DNA of 64,000 bases from Dehalococcoidia bacterium (GCA_040902195.1 JBBDXS010000011.1:86398-150397); one strand, 5' to 3'; shown: positions 10,023 through 19,423, numbered from the stretch's first letter. Translations and numbers: made by a program. The notes: generated by a model from the sequence alone, not told the origin.

Positions 10023-10787
10023 ATGCGTCTCAAAGATAAAGTTGCCCTCATCACCGGTGCGGGGAGCGGGATGGGCCGCGTCGCGTGCGAGTTGTTTGCC
10101 CGCGAGGGCGCGTCGATCGTCGCGACTGACGTGTTGGAGGGGGCGCTGCGCGAGACCGTCGAGGGCGTGAGCCGCGACGGCGGCAAGATCGTCGCCGTCG
10201 GTGGCGATGTGCGCGAGGCGGTCGACGTGCAGCGCTGGGTGGCGGAAGGGCAGCGCGCCTTCGGCAAAATCAACGTCCTCTACAACAACGCCGGCATCTT
10301 CCCTGACGAAGACGAAGACGTCACGAGCATGGACGAGGCCGTCTTTCAGCGCGTTATCGACGTCAACCTGAAGGGCGTCGCCTTGTGCTGTAAGTACGGA
10401 ATCCCGGCGCTCGAGGAGGCCGGCGGCGGATCGATCGTGAACGTAGCGTCGTTCGTGGCGCTCGTCGGCTGTACGGTCCCGCAAGATGCCTACACGATGA
10501 CCAAGGGCGCCGTCCTCTCGCTGACGCGTTCGCTCGCGGTGCAGCTCGGTCCGAAACGCATCCGCGCGAACGCGATCTGCCCAGGTCCGATCGAAACGCC
10601 CCTCCTGCGCGAGCTGCTCAAGGACGAATCGGCGCGGCAGAAGCGGCTCAGCCGCATCCCTCTCGGGCGCTTCGGCCTGGCCGAGGACATCGTCTACGCG
10701 GCGCTCTACCTCGCTTCTGACGAATCGGCCTGGACCACAGGCACCACCTTCGTCGTGGACGGCGGCATCACGATCAACTACTTCTAA
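10023..10787 (+). CDS. SDR family oxidoreductase (FabG-like)
   Basis: TGAGSGMG Rossmann motif, NNAG, and YxxxK (YTMTKGAV). 254 aa with ggagcc RBS. Confidence 0.92.
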   Translation: MRLKDKVALITGAGSGMGRVACELFAREGASIVATDVLEGALRETVEGVSRDGGKIVAVGGDVREAVDVQRWVAEGQRAFGKINVLYNNAGIFPDEDEDVTSMDEAVFQRVIDVNLKGVALCCKYGIPALEEAGGGSIVNVASFVALVGCTVPQDAYTMTKGAVLSLTRSLAVQLGPKRIRANAICPGPIETPLLRELLKDESARQKRLSRIPLGRFGLAEDIVYAALYLASDESAWTTGTTFVVDGGITINYF

Positions 10788-10810
10788 TCGACCACCGACT
10801 GCGTGCAATT

Positions 10811-10882
10811 GTCATCCTGAGGGGAGTGGGGTAGAGCGTGACGGGGTGGGGAGCCCGAAGGACCTGTCCGATCGATCAATCG
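10811..10882 (+). repeat. 72-nt family A-derived element, copy 2
   Basis: Direct repeat of 9843-9914, lying immediately 3' of the SDR gene. Confidence 0.8.
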
Positions 10883-10942
10883 GGTAAGTCGCGACCTCCG
10901 TCCGCACGTCGTCTGGAATGCAGCCGCCTTCGATCCCTAGCT

Positions 10943-10981
10943 CCCCTCTCCCGACTGCGGGAGAGGGGCCGGGGGTGAGGG
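10943..10981 (+). repeat. CCCCTCYCC-N5-GGGAGRGGG-CC-GGGGNGAGGG palindromic element (family D)
   Basis: cccctctcccgactgcgggagaggggccgggggtgaggg. Cognate copies occur inside CDSs at 16756-16790 and 18126-18160, with a related tract at 22501-22540. Confidence 0.7.
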
Positions 10982-11043
10982 ATTCTATAGCGACGCGCTT
11001 GCGCCGTGCGTTAGAATCCAACCCCACGAAAGCGGGGTAGCTC

Positions 11044-12300
11044 ATGGCGACATACTTGCTGCTGAGCCGGCTCACCGACGAGGGGCGTAAGACGCTCAAG
11101 GAGCGTCCTGAACGCCTCCAGGAAGTGAACCGCGAGGTGGAATCGTTGGGCGGGCGGGTCACGGACCAGTTCGCCGTATTCGGCCCGCACGACTTTATCA
11201 ACGTTGTCGAGGCGCCCGACAACGAGACCGTCACGAACATCTCCGTCGAGTTGAGCTCGCGCGGCACGCTGCGGATCGTGACGATGGCCGCCGAACGCGT
11301 CGCGTTGCCGCGCCGCCTGCCGCATCTCGGCGGTGCGAAGGACGCGACGTTCGCGGTCTTTACGAAGCTCACGCCTCAGGGCCGCGAAGGGATCCAGACC
11401 AACCCGGCGCGCCTTTCCGAGGTCGACGCCCAGGTTGAGCGGCTCGGCGCGACGATCACGCACCAGTTCCGCGTTCTCGGCGAACACGACTTCGTCACGA
11501 TTGCGCGCGCGCCTGACAACGAGACCGCGGCGCGTATCGTGATGGAGATCGCCGCGCTCGGTACTGTCCGGCTTACCACCTATCCCGCCATCCGCATCGA
11601 GCGCTTCGTTGAGCTGCTCAAGCTGCAGCCCTACCGCACGGAGCCGCATCGCTGGCAGACCAGCCTGTGGGCGAAGCAGGTGCGTCGTGTTGCTAGGCCG
11701 TACGTGATGCTGCGTCACGTGCGCCATTTCTGCCAGCCACTCGAGATCGAGGGCATGGAGAAGGTGCGCAGCTTCCGCGGGCCGGCGCTGATCATCGCCA
11801 ACCACACGTCGCACTTCGACACGCCGGCCGTGCTAAACGTGCTGCCGCCTTCGTTACGCGAGCGGACAGCCGTCGCCGCTGCCGCCGACCGCTTCTATCG
11901 CGCGAACATGCGCACGTGGTGGTTCTCGTTGTTCTGGAACACCTTCCCAATCCAGCGCGGCGGCGGCAAAGCCGCCCTCGATTACCCGATGTGGCTGCTC
12001 AAGCACGGCTGGTCCATCCTCATCTTCCCCGAAGGTGGTCGCTTCAAGCCGGGCCAGGTGAAGCGCTTCCATCACGGCCCGGCGATCATGGCGATGATGG
12101 CGAAAGTGCCTGTCGTGCCGGTGTACATGGAGGGGTTAGACAAGATCATGCCCAAGGGCCAGCGTTCGCCCACCCCCGGGCCGGTCAACGTGCGCATCGG
12201 TGCGCCGATCACGCTCGAGGGCATCGAGTCCGTCCCCGAAGGTACGGCGCGCCTCGAAGAGGCGATGCGCGAGCTTGCGAACGGCAACGGCCGCGTGTAA
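11044..12300 (+). CDS. Fusion protein: two tandem GYD domains + lysophospholipid (PlsC-type) acyltransferase
   Basis: Residues 1-85 and about 100-185 each match the GYD pattern (YLLLSRLTDEGRK...GPHDFINVVEAPDNET; FAVFTKLTPQGRE...GEHDFVTIARAPDNET). The C-terminal half has NHTSHFD (HX4D) and FPEGGR acyltransferase motifs. Confidence 0.85.
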   Translation: MATYLLLSRLTDEGRKTLKERPERLQEVNREVESLGGRVTDQFAVFGPHDFINVVEAPDNETVTNISVELSSRGTLRIVTMAAERVALPRRLPHLGGAKDATFAVFTKLTPQGREGIQTNPARLSEVDAQVERLGATITHQFRVLGEHDFVTIARAPDNETAARIVMEIAALGTVRLTTYPAIRIERFVELLKLQPYRTEPHRWQTSLWAKQVRRVARPYVMLRHVRHFCQPLEIEGMEKVRSFRGPALIIANHTSHFDTPAVLNVLPPSLRERTAVAAAADRFYRANMRTWWFSLFWNTFPIQRGGGKAALDYPMWLLKHGWSILIFPEGGRFKPGQVKRFHHGPAIMAMMAKVPVVPVYMEGLDKIMPKGQRSPTPGPVNVRIGAPITLEGIESVPEGTARLEEAMRELANGNGRV

Positions 12301-12330
12301 CACGCGCGCGACAGGCCAGTAGGTACAATG

Positions 12331-12360
12331 AGACGGCACCTCGAGGGTGCCGTCTTCGTT
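12331..12360 (+). terminator. Rho-independent terminator candidate after the GYD-acyltransferase gene
   Basis: A 10-bp perfect stem agacggcacc / ggtgccgtct with loop tcgag, followed by tcgtt. Confidence 0.55.
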
Positions 12361-13870
12361 GCAAGCGCCTGGAGCAGCTGCCTTGCTGAATCGCCTCGAA
12401 TACAAATGGATCGTCGGGCTCGTCTTTGTCTTCGGGCTCTTCATGGACCTGCTCGACTCGACGATCGTCAACGTCGCCTTGCCGACGCTCTCCCAAGAGT
12501 TCGACGCCCCTCCGACGAGCGTCGAGTGGGTCGTCACGGGCTACCTGCTCGCGCTCGGCGTGTTTATTCCCGTCAGCGGCTGGGCCGGCGACCGCTTCGG
12601 CACGAAGCGCGTATTCATGTTCGCGCTGCTCGTGTTTACCATCGGCTCTGCGCTCGCGGCGGAGGCCTGGAGCATCGAATCGTTGATCGCCTTCCGAATC
12701 CTGCAAGGCGCCGGCGGCGGCATGCTCACGCCAGTCGGCACGGCTATGCTGTTCCGGGCCTTCCCGCCCGCCGAGCGCGCGCAGGCCGCCGTGATCCTGA
12801 ACATCCCCATCGTGCTGGCGCCGGCGAGCGGCCCGATTATCGGAGGCTACCTGACGGAATACTATGACTGGCCGTGGATCTTCCGCATCAACATTCCCGT
12901 CGGCATCCTGGCGTTGATCTTCGCTGGCGCCTTCCTGAAGGAGCACAAGGAAGAGAAGGCCAACCGCCTCGATATGGCGGGCCTGGCGCTGTCCACCGCA
13001 TCGATGGCGACCTTGCTATACGCGCTCGCGGAGGCCGGGAGTCGAGGCTTCGACGACCCGCGCGTGCTCGCGTTTGGTCTCGTCGGATTCGTCCTGCTGG
13101 TCACATTCTGCGTCGTGGAGCTGCGCGTTCGCGAGCCGATGATCGATCTTCGTCTCCTCGGCAACCGGATGTTCCGCACCTCGAACGGCGTCTTGGTGGT
13201 GTCGTTCGCGGCGTTCGCGGGGGCGCTCTTCCTCCTGCCGCTCATGCTCCAGTCCGAGATGGGTCTCAGCCCCTTCCAGTCCGGACTCACGACGTTTCCG
13301 ATGGCGATTGGCGTGGTGACGAGCTCGCAGATTTCTGGGCGGATCTATCCAGTCATCGGGCCGAGGCGCATGATGACGGCGGGACTGATTGGCGGGGCGA
13401 TCTCCGCGCTGCTCATGCTCACGGTCGATCTCGACACGAGCCAGTGGTGGATCCGGCTCTTCATGTTCATCCGCGGGATATCGTTCGGACTGCTCCTCGT
13501 GCCGATGCAGGCGGCAACGTTCGCGACGATCAAGACGGAGGACATGGGTCGCGCCAGCTCGATCTACAGCAGCGCGCGGCAGGTCGCGATGAGCTTCGGC
13601 GTCGCCTTGCTGGCGACGGTGCTAAGCAGCCGCCTCTCGCACTACGGTGCGTCGCTGGGCGATCCCGCCACTGCGACGGCCGCCGTGCGCGCCTTCCACG
13701 ACGGCTTCATCGCGGCTGCGGTGCTCTCCCTGATCGGCGCGGCCCTCGCGTGGGTCTTCATCCGCGATCGCGACGCGGAAGCAACGATGCGCCAACCGGC
13801 GCGCGCGCAAGAAACTCAGGTGCCGGAGAGCGATGTCGTTGTACCTGCGGCCGGGGGCGGGTCGAGCTAG
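12347..13870 (+). CDS. MFS transporter, DHA2 (EmrB/QacA-like, 14-TM) drug:H+ antiporter family
   Basis: LDSTIVNVALPTL, GWAGDRFGTKRVF and ILQGAGGGML motifs, with 14 hydrophobic segments. The track start (GTG 12347) lies inside the upstream terminator stem, so TTG 12383 (LLNRLEYKW...) is a likely alternative. Confidence 0.9.
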   Translation: MPSSLQAPGAAALLNRLEYKWIVGLVFVFGLFMDLLDSTIVNVALPTLSQEFDAPPTSVEWVVTGYLLALGVFIPVSGWAGDRFGTKRVFMFALLVFTIGSALAAEAWSIESLIAFRILQGAGGGMLTPVGTAMLFRAFPPAERAQAAVILNIPIVLAPASGPIIGGYLTEYYDWPWIFRINIPVGILALIFAGAFLKEHKEEKANRLDMAGLALSTASMATLLYALAEAGSRGFDDPRVLAFGLVGFVLLVTFCVVELRVREPMIDLRLLGNRMFRTSNGVLVVSFAAFAGALFLLPLMLQSEMGLSPFQSGLTTFPMAIGVVTSSQISGRIYPVIGPRRMMTAGLIGGAISALLMLTVDLDTSQWWIRLFMFIRGISFGLLLVPMQAATFATIKTEDMGRASSIYSSARQVAMSFGVALLATVLSSRLSHYGASLGDPATATAAVRAFHDGFIAAAVLSLIGAALAWVFIRDRDAEATMRQPARAQETQVPESDVVVPAAGGGSS

Positions 13871-14385
13871 CTGCGGCCGTCCGGCCGCCAGGGCGACCAG
13901 ATGGTGACCAGCGCGACGACGAGCGCGACGATCGCGGCGGTCTGGTTCGCGCCCGACATGATCGCGATGTAACCGAGAAATACCGTCGTTCCGGTCAGGA
14001 TGGCGAGCTCCGGGGCGCGGTTCGGCCAGCGCGCGACCGTCTGATCGACCGTCCTCCGCGCCCACGCCGCGAAGTCGTCGACGAATGACGTCTCCTGTTC
14101 CTCAGGAGCCGGTGGCGCCTCCTTCGAGAGGGGCGCCTCGGCATACGTCGGGTTGAGCACCAGGTACGCGCGGTTGAGCTCGTCGAGCTTGCGGCGTGCC
14201 TCCGGGTCGCGCACTGCCAGGGCACGGAGCTTGGTCGCCAGATGCCAGTACGCGTTGGTGACGAGGTCTTCTTCAGCGCTCGGGGCGACCTGCAACACCC
14301 TGCACGCCTCGGCTTTGGTCATGCCGTGGCGCTGCTCAGGAGAGGTCTCTTCCTTCCGCTTTGCAGCGGTCCTACGAGGCGGCAT
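13867..14385 (-). CDS. Membrane protein with N-terminal J-like domain lacking the HPD motif
   Basis: The start was moved to the internal ATG (complement of 14383-14385) because the track start overlaps icd. MTKAEACRVLQVAPSAEEDLVTNAYWHLATKLRA...KLDELNRAYLVL resembles a J domain without HPD. There are two C-terminal TM helices. Confidence 0.5.
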   Translation of the reverse strand: MPPRRTAAKRKEETSPEQRHGMTKAEACRVLQVAPSAEEDLVTNAYWHLATKLRALAVRDPEARRKLDELNRAYLVLNPTYAEAPLSKEAPPAPEEQETSFVDDFAAWARRTVDQTVARWPNRAPELAILTGTTVFLGYIAIMSGANQTAAIVALVVALVTIWSPWRPDGRS

Positions 14386-14476
14386 CGCATAGGGATAATC
14401 GACCGGACTCGGCCCGGAATTGAGGGCTCGCGCTCGTTGGGCCCTGTGCGGATCCTGCGTTACACTCAGGGACGCC

Positions 14477-15559
14477 ATGACCTACAAGATTACGCTCATT
14501 CCCGGCGACGGCACGGGCCCCGAGATCGCCGAGGCCACCCGGCGCGTCCTGGAGGCCACCGGCGTCCCTATCGACTGGGACGTGCAGGACGCTGGCGTCG
14601 ATGTCATGGAGCGCGAAGGCACACCGCTGCCGGACCGCGTCCTCGAGTCGATCCGGCGGAACAAAATCGCGATTAAGGGCCCGGTCACGACGCCCGTCGG
14701 GACGGGCTTTCGTTCCGTGAACGTCGCCCTACGTAAGGCGCTCGACCTGTACGCCTGCGTGCGGCCCTGCAAGACGTATCCCGGCGTACGCTCTCGATAC
14801 GACAACGTCGACATCGTGATCGTGCGCGAGAACACGGAAGACCTGTACGCCGGCATCGAGTTCGAGCGCGGCACGGAGTGGATACCCAAGATCTCGGACA
14901 TCACCGAAGCGAGCGGACAGGCCCGCATCCGCGACGACGCGGGCCTCTCGCTCAAACCGATCTCGGAGTACGGATCGCGTCGCATCGTGAAGTACGCATT
15001 CGAGTACGCGCGCGCGAAGGGCCGCAAGGCCGTGACCGCGGTCCACAAGGCGAACATCATGAAGTACAGCGACGGCCTCTTCCTCGCCGTCGCGCGTGAC
15101 GTGGCGAAGGAGTACCCGGACATCGAGTTCTGGGACGTCATCGTCGATAACCTGTGCATGCAGCTCGTCCAACGCCCGGAGCAGTTCGACGTGCTCGTGC
15201 TGCCGAACCTCTACGGCGACATCATCTCGGACCTCTGCGCCGGGCTCGTCGGCGGCCTCGGCGTCGCGCCGGGCGCGAACATCGGCGACGACACGGCGCT
15301 CTTCGAGCCGACGCACGGCAGCGCGCCGAAGTACGCCGGACAGAACAAAGTGAACCCGATGGCGATGATGTTCTCGGGCATGCTCATGCTCCGCCACATC
15401 GGCGAGCAGGAGGCGGGCGACCGCCTCGAGCGCGCGCTGGCCGGCGTGATCCGCGAAGGCGCGTCGGTCACCTACGACATGAAAGCGGACCGCAACGACC
15501 CGGCGGCTGTCGGCACCTCGCAGGTGGCGGACGCCGTGATCAAGAAGCTCCAGTCCTAG
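14477..15559 (+). CDS. icd: Isocitrate dehydrogenase (beta-decarboxylating dehydrogenase family, about 360-aa type)
   Basis: ATG at 14477. [62 protein letters not shown]. Confidence 0.88.
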   Translation: MTYKITLIPGDGTGPEIAEATRRVLEATGVPIDWDVQDAGVDVMEREGTPLPDRVLESIRRNKIAIKGPVTTPVGTGFRSVNVALRKALDLYACVRPCKTYPGVRSRYDNVDIVIVRENTEDLYAGIEFERGTEWIPKISDITEASGQARIRDDAGLSLKPISEYGSRRIVKYAFEYARAKGRKAVTAVHKANIMKYSDGLFLAVARDVAKEYPDIEFWDVIVDNLCMQLVQRPEQFDVLVLPNLYGDIISDLCAGLVGGLGVAPGANIGDDTALFEPTHGSAPKYAGQNKVNPMAMMFSGMLMLRHIGEQEAGDRLERALAGVIREGASVTYDMKADRNDPAAVGTSQVADAVIKKLQS

Positions 15560-15572
15560 TGGCGCCTACCGT

Positions 15573-15633
15573 GTAGGGGCGGCTCGCGAGCCGCCCGCCC
15601 CGCTCGTAGGGGCGCACGGCTGTGCGCCCGGGC
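15573..15633 (+). repeat. Two GTAGG-initiated hairpin units (family B)
   Basis: gtaggggcggctcgcgagccgccc and gtaggggcgcacggctgtgcgccc; each has a perfect stem. Confidence 0.7.
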
Positions 15634-15662
15634 ATCCATACAGCTGCGCCTTGCTGTAAGCT

Positions 15663-17033
15663 ATGGGCGCCATGGAGCCGCAGATCCAGTACTGCAAGAC
15701 CAGCGATGGCGTGAACATCGCTTACTGGACGATGGGCGAAGGCGGCGTGCCACTCGTTGCGTCGTCGCCGGCGTTGTTCAGTCATATCGCCCTGGAGGTT
15801 CGTGACCCACGCCCCGCCGCGTGGTACGAGCGGGTCGCCTCTCGGCGGATGATCGTTCGTTTCGATCCACGCAACTCCGGGATGTCGCAACGGGGAGTTG
15901 AAGACCTCACGCTGGATGCGCTCGCGCTTGACGTCCTCGCTGTTGTCGATCACTTGGGTCTGGAGCGAGTCGACCTTGTGGGCTTCGCCCATGCGCCCAT
16001 GGCGGCCTTCGCCGCGCACTGGCCGGAACGTGTGCGCCGTCTCATCCTCGCGCAGGTCGCCGTCCGCTATTCAGAACTCCATGCGATTCCCCGGGCCGCC
16101 GCTGTTTCCTCGCTCGCCGAACAGGACTGGGACCTCTACACCGAGACGCTTGCCCACACGATGCTCGGCTGGAAGGGAACCGACGCTCACACCTTGGCGC
16201 TATTTGCTCGCGAGAGCGTGCGCCAGGAGGACTGGGTTCGGTTGCTGTCTGCCCAAAAGGACTGGGACCTCGGGCCGTACCTCCCCAACATTGGTGCACC
16301 GACGCTCCTCGTTCGCTCGGAAGCGGGCCCCTTCTTGTTGCCCGAACAGGCAAAGGAGCTGGCGGCAGGCATTCCATCAGCCCGTCTGGTCCAGTTGGAT
16401 GGCGGGTTCACTCCGGTCGACAACCCTGTGGTCGCGGATCTTATTGAAGACTTCCTCAAGGATGACGGAGAATCCGGCCGAACGGCTGCGACCCAGCAAG
16501 CGCCTCCCTCCGGCACCGCGATCATCCTCTTCGCCGACATCGCGGACTCCACGGGGCTAACGGAGCGCCTCGGCGACGCGGCGTTCCGCGACAAGGCGCG
16601 CGCCCTGGACGCATCTCTACGCGAGGTGATCAGATCGAACGGCGGCACGGCCATCGATGGCAAGCTGCTCGGCGACGGCGTCCTCGCCGTCTTCGGCGCG
16701 GCGCGTGAGGCGATCGCCTGTGCCCGGGACATCCACCGCCTCGCTCGCGAGAGTTCCCCTCCCCCTGTCGGGGAGGGGCCAGGGGAGGGGTCGGCCCTCC
16801 TTCTCCACGTCGGCATCCACGCGGGTGACGTGATCCGGGAGGAAGGCAACGTCTACGGCGGCGCGGTCAACATCGCGTCGCGCGTCGCGTCGGAGGCCGC
16901 TGCGGGCGAGACGCTCGTCTCGGGCACCGTGCGTGACCTCGCGCGCACCTCCGCGGGCGTCTCGTTCGAGGACCGCGGCGAGCGCGACCTGAAGGGCATC
17001 AAGGAGTCCGTGCGCGTGTGGGCGGTGGTGTGA
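15663..17033 (+). CDS. Alpha/beta-hydrolase domain + class III adenylate/guanylate cyclase catalytic domain protein
   Basis: The N-terminal about 270 aa are alpha/beta-fold. The C-terminus has GTAIILFADIADSTGLTERLGD...GDGVLAVFG...VGIHAGDV...GNVYGGAVNIASRV cyclase motifs. The start may be the second ATG at 15672 (MEPQIQY, as in the paralog). Confidence 0.85.
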   Translation: MGAMEPQIQYCKTSDGVNIAYWTMGEGGVPLVASSPALFSHIALEVRDPRPAAWYERVASRRMIVRFDPRNSGMSQRGVEDLTLDALALDVLAVVDHLGLERVDLVGFAHAPMAAFAAHWPERVRRLILAQVAVRYSELHAIPRAAAVSSLAEQDWDLYTETLAHTMLGWKGTDAHTLALFARESVRQEDWVRLLSAQKDWDLGPYLPNIGAPTLLVRSEAGPFLLPEQAKELAAGIPSARLVQLDGGFTPVDNPVVADLIEDFLKDDGESGRTAATQQAPPSGTAIILFADIADSTGLTERLGDAAFRDKARALDASLREVIRSNGGTAIDGKLLGDGVLAVFGAAREAIACARDIHRLARESSPPPVGEGPGEGSALLLHVGIHAGDVIREEGNVYGGAVNIASRVASEAAAGETLVSGTVRDLARTSAGVSFEDRGERDLKGIKESVRVWAVV

Positions 17034-18415
17034 TGGAGCCGCAGATCCAGTACGCGAAGACGAGCGACGGGGTCAGTATCGCGTATTGGTCCATTGGCGA
17101 GGGCGAGCCGCTGGTCTACATGCCCAACGTCATCTGGAGCCACGCGCAACTCGAATGGCAGTTCCCGGAGATGAGGCGCTGGTACGAGAAGCTGGCAACG
17201 CGCCACACCTTGGTCCGGTTCGACATGCGAGGGACAGGGCTGTCGCAGCGAACGGTCGCAGACTACTCTCTAGAGACGCTGCAGCTCGACCTGCAGGCGG
17301 TTGTGGAGCGCCTCGGGCTCGAGCGCTTTGCCCTGTTCGCAGCGATCAATGCGGCGCCCGTTGCCATCGCGTACGCAGCGCGCCAGCCAGGGCGAGTGTC
17401 GAACCTCATGCTGTGGTGCTACGCGCCAAATGCAGACATGATGGGGTCCCGCTACGCCTCGCTGCAAGCCCTCCAGCAGGTCATGGACCGGGACTGGGAG
17501 ACCTACACAGAAACACGGGCGGGCCTCGAGTTCGGTTGGTCAGAAGGAGAGCTGGCGCACCGCTACGCGACGTTTCTCAGGGAGTGCATCACACCGCAGA
17601 TGGCGTTGCGGGCATACGGAGCCGTTGAAGCGTTCGATGTCAGTTCTTTCCTGCCGCGGATCGCGTCGCCCACGCTCGTCGTTCACCGGCAGCAGTTGTT
17701 CTTCTGGGGGGTGGAGGCCTCGCGAGACCTCGCCGCGCAGATTCCCGGCGCCCGCCTGGCGCTGGTGGCCGGCGTCTCCGCAGCGCCGTTCTTCGGTGAT
17801 GTCGACGGCGCGATCGCCGTCCTCGACAATTTTCTCGGCGGGCGCAGCGCTGCGTCACCGCCCGACCCTCCGAGCTCTCCCTCCGGCACCGCGATCATCC
17901 TCTTCGCCGACATCGCGGACTCTACAGCGCTGACGGAGCGCCTGGGCGACGCGGCGTTCCGAGAGAAGGCGCGGGAGCTGGACGAGTCGCTGCGCCGCGC
18001 GATCACGTCAAACGGCGGTACGGCTATCGATGGCAAGCTGCTCGGCGACGGCGTCCTCGCGGTCTTTGGCGCGGCGCGCGAGGCGATCGCGTGCGCGCAG
18101 GACATGCACCGCCTCGCACAGAGTTCCCCTCCCCCCGTGGGGGAGGGGCTAGGGGAGGGGTCGTACCCTCTCCTCCTACATGTCGGCATTCACGCCGGCG
18201 ACGTGATCCGCGAGGAGGGCAACGTCTACGGCGGCGCGGTCAACATCGCGTCGCGCGTGGCGAGCGAGGCCGCTGCAGGCGAGACGCTCGTCTCGGGCAC
18301 CGTGCGTGACCTCGCGCGCACCTCCGCCGGCGTCTCGTTCGAGGACCGCGGCGAGCACGAGCTAAAGGGCATCGAGGAGCCGGTACGCGTCTGGGCGGTG
18401 CGCTGGCGCGAATAG
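17033..18415 (+). CDS. Alpha/beta-hydrolase + class III nucleotidyl cyclase, tandem paralog
   Basis: ATG at 17033 overlaps the upstream TGA (TGATG). MEPQIQYAKTSDGVSIAYW and a near-identical cyclase domain. Confidence 0.85.
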   Translation: MEPQIQYAKTSDGVSIAYWSIGEGEPLVYMPNVIWSHAQLEWQFPEMRRWYEKLATRHTLVRFDMRGTGLSQRTVADYSLETLQLDLQAVVERLGLERFALFAAINAAPVAIAYAARQPGRVSNLMLWCYAPNADMMGSRYASLQALQQVMDRDWETYTETRAGLEFGWSEGELAHRYATFLRECITPQMALRAYGAVEAFDVSSFLPRIASPTLVVHRQQLFFWGVEASRDLAAQIPGARLALVAGVSAAPFFGDVDGAIAVLDNFLGGRSAASPPDPPSSPSGTAIILFADIADSTALTERLGDAAFREKARELDESLRRAITSNGGTAIDGKLLGDGVLAVFGAAREAIACAQDMHRLAQSSPPPVGEGLGEGSYPLLLHVGIHAGDVIREEGNVYGGAVNIASRVASEAAAGETLVSGTVRDLARTSAGVSFEDRGEHELKGIEEPVRVWAVRWRE

Positions 18416-18471
18416 GCAGCGTCCCGCACAATGGAGATAACCCCCGCGCCTCTCGCTAGGAAGGAATCGCT

Positions 18472-19413
18472 ATGAGCGCACGCAAGAAGGTCACGATTGT
18501 TGGCGCCGGCATGACCGGCGGCGCGATGGCGCAGCGCCTGGTCGAGAAGGGCTACTGCGACGTCGTCCTGCAGGACGAGCCGGCCATCGTCGACACGATG
18601 CACCACGGCAAGGCGCTCGATACGGCGCAGTCCGCCGCCTGGCTCGGCTTCGAAAGCCAGGTCATCCCCACCGACACGTGGGAAGCCACGGCCGGCTCGG
18701 AGGTCGTCATTCTGACAGCCGGCGCGCCGCGCAAGCCCGGTATGAGCCGCGAGGACCTCGTCGCCAGCAACGCCGCGATCATGCGCGACAAGGTCTCGCA
18801 CGCCGCCAAGCACTCGCCGGACGCCGTGCTCATCGTGTTCGCGAACCCGATGGACGCGATGTGTCACGTCGCGATCGAGACGTCGAAGTTCCCGCGAGAG
18901 CGCGTGATCGGCCAGGGCGGCATGCTCGATAGTGCGCGCTACCGCACGTTCGTCTCGCGCGAGCTGGGCGTGTCGATCCGCGACGTGCACGGCTACGTGC
19001 TGGGCGGCCACACCGACACGACGATGGTACCGATCGTGAGCCGGACCGAAGCCGGCGGTATTCCGCTGACGTCGCTGCTCCCGCAGGACAAGATCGATGC
19101 GCTCGTCGAACGAACGATGAAGGGCGGCGCCGAGGTGCTCGGGCTGCTCAAGTCGGGCAGCGCGTACCAGGCGCCCGCCGCCGCGACGATCGCGATGACC
19201 GAAGCAATCCTGTTCGACCAGGGGCGTCTGATGCCCTGCGCGATCATGTTTCGGGGTGAGTACGGCATCGATGGCGTGTTCTGTGGCACCATGGTCAAGC
19301 TCGGCACGGGCGGCGTCCAACAGGTGTACGAAGTGCCCGTCTCGGACGACGAGCGATCGAAGATCACGGCCGCGGCCGATGCGACACGAGAGCTGATCAA
19401 GTTGCTGAAGTAG
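18472..19413 (+). CDS. mdh: Malate dehydrogenase (LDH-like, NAD-dependent)
   Basis: KVTIVGAGMTGGAMA, TAGAPRKPGMSREDL, FANPMDAM, GGHTDTTMVP. 313 aa. Confidence 0.93.
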   Translation: MSARKKVTIVGAGMTGGAMAQRLVEKGYCDVVLQDEPAIVDTMHHGKALDTAQSAAWLGFESQVIPTDTWEATAGSEVVILTAGAPRKPGMSREDLVASNAAIMRDKVSHAAKHSPDAVLIVFANPMDAMCHVAIETSKFPRERVIGQGGMLDSARYRTFVSRELGVSIRDVHGYVLGGHTDTTMVPIVSRTEAGGIPLTSLLPQDKIDALVERTMKGGAEVLGLLKSGSAYQAPAAATIAMTEAILFDQGRLMPCAIMFRGEYGIDGVFCGTMVKLGTGGVQQVYEVPVSDDERSKITAAADATRELIKLLK

Positions 19414-19423
19414 CGACCGGACT

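Noticed and set aside
9555-10039. Small ORFs 9555..9866 and 9755..10039
   Set aside because: They lie entirely within the repeat mosaic and the duplicated SDR 5' fragment. No independent coding signal was seen apart from the copied SDR start, which is reported as a pseudogene.
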